Shown piece after piece: positions 60,729-64,000 of a stretch of 64,000 nt of DNA. Location of the stretch: the NCBI GenBank assembly GCA_014905635.1, contig CM026547.1, positions 4,712,001 through 4,776,000 of the forward strand, given 5' to 3'. A model generated the notes under the pieces. The model did no database searches and was not told where the DNA came from. It saw only the letters and a program-made list of their open reading frames with translations. Origin of the DNA: Scenedesmus sp. PABB004. Lineage: Eukaryota. Within the stretch, counting starts at the first letter, position 1; the number at the start of each line of letters is the position of its first letter. Position numbers and translations under genes: made by a program.

Positions 60729-61720
60729 TCAGCGCTGCCCACGGCTGGCCGCGCCCCGCGCGCGGCGCCGCTGGCGGTCGTGCTGCCCGCGTCGGCGGCG
60801 CCGGCGGCGTGCATTTCGAGCCCCGCGCGCAGCGCCGCGCGCGTGAGCCCGCGCGGCGTGTGCACGCAGTGCACGCCCAGGCGGGAGACCTCGGTGATGT
60901 TCCAGCGCTCGTTGTCAAAGAAGACCATCGACGAATAGGGCAGCCCCGTCGCCTTGCGCAGCGCCTTAAAGTGCGCAATCTTGGAGCCGGGGTAGATCTC
61001 GCTGTGGGACCCAAGGTCCCACAGCGACCGCCCGCACGCGTCGCCCGGGATGGGCCACTGGCGCAGCAGCTGGTCGGCCCACTCCGGGTACTCTGCGCCG
61101 CGCGCGCGCCGCGGCGTGAGCGCGGGCGGCGGGCGGCGGCGGCAGCGCGCGCCCGCCGCGCCGCGCCGCGGCGCGCCGCGCCGCTCGGAGCTGCGCCGCT
61201 CGCCTGTGCGGCTGACCCACGCGATTGCGACGTCGGCCCAGCGCGGGTCGGTGGCCAGCTCCGCAAAGATCGCGGGCGTGTCGCCGAGAAGCCCAATCTC
61301 CTCACCCGCCGAGTCAAACACGCGCCCGGTCTTGGCGTCCCGCCGGAACGGCGCGCCGCCACGGCCGCCGCCGCCGCGCCCCCAGCCGCGGTCTGCGCGC
61401 GCGCGGCGCGCGGGGGTCGGCGGCGCGGCAGCAGCCGTCTGCGGCGCGGCCCGCTGTGCAGTCGGCGCGCGGGCCCGCTGTGCAGTCGGCGCGCGGGCCC
61501 GCTGCACACCGAGCACCCCCCCCCCGCCCCCCGGCGCCTCACCCAGCTCGTACAGCTCAGGGTCCCACAGCGTGCCGTCCAGGTCGAACGCCAGCAGCTG
61601 GGGCTGCGCCGGCGCCGGCTCCATCGGTCGCGGCGCCGCGCGAGGCGCCGCCGCCGGGCAGCGCCGGGCGGGTGGGGCGAGCGGACTGGGCGCTGGGCGG
61701 GCAGCCGGCCGAGTCAGCAT
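60729..61720 (-). CDS. MDP1: Magnesium-dependent phosphatase 1 (HAD IIIC); true stop probably at 60729 after a 1-nt correction (literal ORF runs to 60470)
   Basis: FDLDGTLW, VSRT, IYPGSKIAHF, MVFFDNERWNI, LGVHCVHTPRGL. Confidence 0.88.
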
Positions 61721-62165
61721 GGGCTGGAGGGCCTGGGCGGCCGCGGCAGCGCCGCCGCGGCTGCAGGCGGCGCCGACACGGCGCGGGCGCACAGCTGCGG
61801 CTGCTGATGGGCGCGTTGGTTAGAGCAGCGCCCCGGCGTTTCCTCGCGCGCGGCGCGGGGCTCGCGCCGCTGCTTGCTGCGCGGCCGGCGGCGCTGCCGG
61901 TGCCTGCTCGCGGGCTGCGCTGCGCACTGCGGCAGGGGCTGCAAGTCAGGGGCAAGTCGCTGCGGGGGCGTGCAGTGCCGGCGTGCAGACGCTCAGCGTT
62001 GCCGCAGTGGCGGCCGCTCAGGGCCTGGCGCCGCAGAAGCGCCGCACCGGCTCGGCTCAACCCCGGCGCGCGGCGCTGCGTGTTGCAGCAGCGCGGCCGC
62101 AAACACAGCGCAGGCCCCTCCCGACCGATGAGAATCAATGTTGCACAGCCCTGCGCCGCGGCCTC

Positions 62166-63592
62166 TCACGCCGCGAGCTGCCACGCCACGAGCGCGACCG
62201 CGCCGAGCAGCGCCCAGCCGCCCGCGGCCACGCGCCCGCGCGCGCGCGACGCGGCCGCGCCGCCGCCCCGATCGGCGCGCCCGGCGCGAGCGCCGCGCCG
62301 CCGGCCTCGCGCAGCCCGCGCGCGCCGCTCGACGCCGCGGGCGCGGCGGGGCCGGGGACGACCTTTGCAAACGCGGCGGCTGGGTCGTCCTTGCTGATCG
62401 CATCCATGAGCGGCCAGTGCAGCGCGATGTTGGCCGGCGCGAGCTCGGGCAGGCTGCCCTCGATCGCGCGCAGCACCGCGGCCGCGAGCGCGTCGTTGCC
62501 CGCGGCGTTGAGGTGCAGCTTGTCGGGCAGGAGATACTTGGTGTGCCACGCCGGGTCGGCGCCCCAGGCGGTGAAGATGTCGACGTACGCGGCGCCGTTG
62601 GCCGACGCGAGGCGCGACAGCGCCGACACGTACTGCGCGGTGTGCGCGTTCTCGCGGTCCCACGGCTTCTGCGCGGCGGCGGCCGCGGCGCGCGGCGCGG
62701 CGCGTGTGACGGGTGTGCAGCGCCACGGAGCGCGGCGCGCGCGCCGGGGGAAGGGCCCGGGGAGGCGCGGCGGCGCCGCGCCGCGCACCGGCGTGCTGCC
62801 CTTGCAGGCTTCGCACACGGGCGGGGGCGTGATGATGACCCACTTGCTCACGCCCGCGCGCTTGCCAGCGTCGATGATGGCCTGCACGTTGGACTCAAAC
62901 TGCGACGGCGAGACGTAGTGCGACCTGCGGCGGCCGCGCGCCCGCGCGCGCGTCGGCCAGCGGCCGCAGCTGCCCAGGCGGCGCCGCTGTCGGAGCCTCC
63001 GCCCCTGCCCCCGCGACCGCCGCCGCTGCTCGCTCCCCGGCGCCGCCGCGAGCGACGCCGCGAGCGCGCGCGCCGCCGCACCCCGCGACCGCCTGCGTGA
63101 TGGAGTCCTTGACGCCGAGGAAGATGATGCCGAGCGTGGGGTTGGCCGCGGCCCAGAGGCTGCCCAGCATGCCGTAGTCGGTGAACCAGGGCGTGTAGAA
63201 GCCGCCAAAGCCGCGGTTGATGATGTCCGCCTTGCGCGTGTAGCGCCCCTGCAGCGTGAGGCCCCAGCCCTTGTTGTCGGGCGAGAACGCGCTCTCGGTC
63301 AGGCCGTCGCCGACGGCAATGAACGACGGCCGGTTGGCCACCGCCGGGTAGGGCGCTGCGCAGCAGTCCGGGCGGCGGCCAGGGGCGCGTCGGCTGCGCG
63401 GCGGCAGCGCTGCCGCCGGTCGCGCTGCAGCGCCGGCGCCGGCGCACGCCGGATGCTGCGCCAGCGCGTGCGCATCCAGGGGCCCGCGCGTGAGCCCCCG
63501 CGCGCGCAGACCCACGCACCTGCGGCGCCCTGGCCGGCCAGCAGCACGAGGCAAACGCCGGCCGCGCAGGCCAGCGCGGCGCAGCGCATCAT
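62166..63592 (-). CDS. Secreted SGNH/GDSL (IAH1-like) hydrolase homologue lacking the catalytic Ser; probable GPI signal after a 1-nt correction
   Basis: Signal peptide; FIAVGDGLTE, ADIINRGFGGF, IFLGVKDS, IITPPP, LPDKLHLN. Confidence 0.85.
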
Positions 63593-63741
63593 GGCAGGAA
63601 CTGCACGCCGTGCGCGCGAGTGACGCGACGCCAATGAGCTGCGCAGGAAGCTGCTCCGGCCGCGCGCTGCAACCGTCGCGACGCCTTGGCGAGCGCACCG
63701 CCAGCTCCGGTGGGCGGGCTGGTTGGTTGCGTGCGCGTAGG

Positions 63742-63746
63742 TTACA
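63742..63746 (-). promoter_or_regulatory. TGTAA signal, probably of a minus-strand gene lying beyond the window
   Basis: TTACA on + strand. Confidence 0.4.
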
Positions 63747-64000
63747 CGGCGCAGTGGATGCCCAGGGCGATGCGGCAGTTACGAGCGCGGCGCAGGGCGC
63801 AAGGCCCTGGTGCCAGGCCCTGGCCGCACGGCGCACGCAGCGCTCTGCACGCCCAGCCGCTGCGTACAGCCCGGCCACGCCTATGGCAGATCAAGCAGCG
63901 AGAGGCCGTCGTCAAGGCGGCGGCGCGAGCGCGGTGCACAGCCGCAGGGCTCTTTCGCGCAGCGCCCGCGTAGAGTGAGATACGTGCATCAGCAAGAGAT

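Overview
Eukaryotic nuclear DNA, extremely GC-rich and gene-dense, with many short introns. Gene content (plastid AHAS, a Tat-targeted alpha-carbonic anhydrase, a Rubisco-LSMT-like SET protein), TGTAA poly(A) signals and G|GTGCG donors point to a chlorophycean green alga, plausibly Sphaeropleales/Selenastraceae (inference). The long Arg/Ala/Pro/Gly-rich ORFs in the six-frame track are mostly GC artefacts. I rebuilt about 31 spliced genes by hand, mostly housekeeping (ALS, CLYBL-like, SFT2, ACX4-like, 2OG dioxygenase, UBE2W, mL59, FMC1-like, CAH3-like, MsrA, snurportin, PRMT1, beta-COP, GPR107, TBC1D15, Abraxas, OSTC, MDP1 and others). The strongest unusual signal is splicing: by hand count about 32 of roughly 130 introns (about one in four; 8 of 16 in beta-COP, 4 of 7 in PRMT1) need a GC 5' splice site, nearly always after an exonic AG. 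Other notable items: a secreted, probably GPI-anchored SGNH pseudo-hydrolase lacking the catalytic Ser; a secreted bacterial-looking beta-helix protein; a PTS2-bearing ACX4 homologue; eight divergent gene pairs with very uniform 350-434 nt spacing; an 11-copy hairpin repeat built from the ALS stop codon; and several 1-nt frameshifts in G/C runs that are probably assembly errors. Coordinates are hand-derived gene spans including introns, and no database searches were run.
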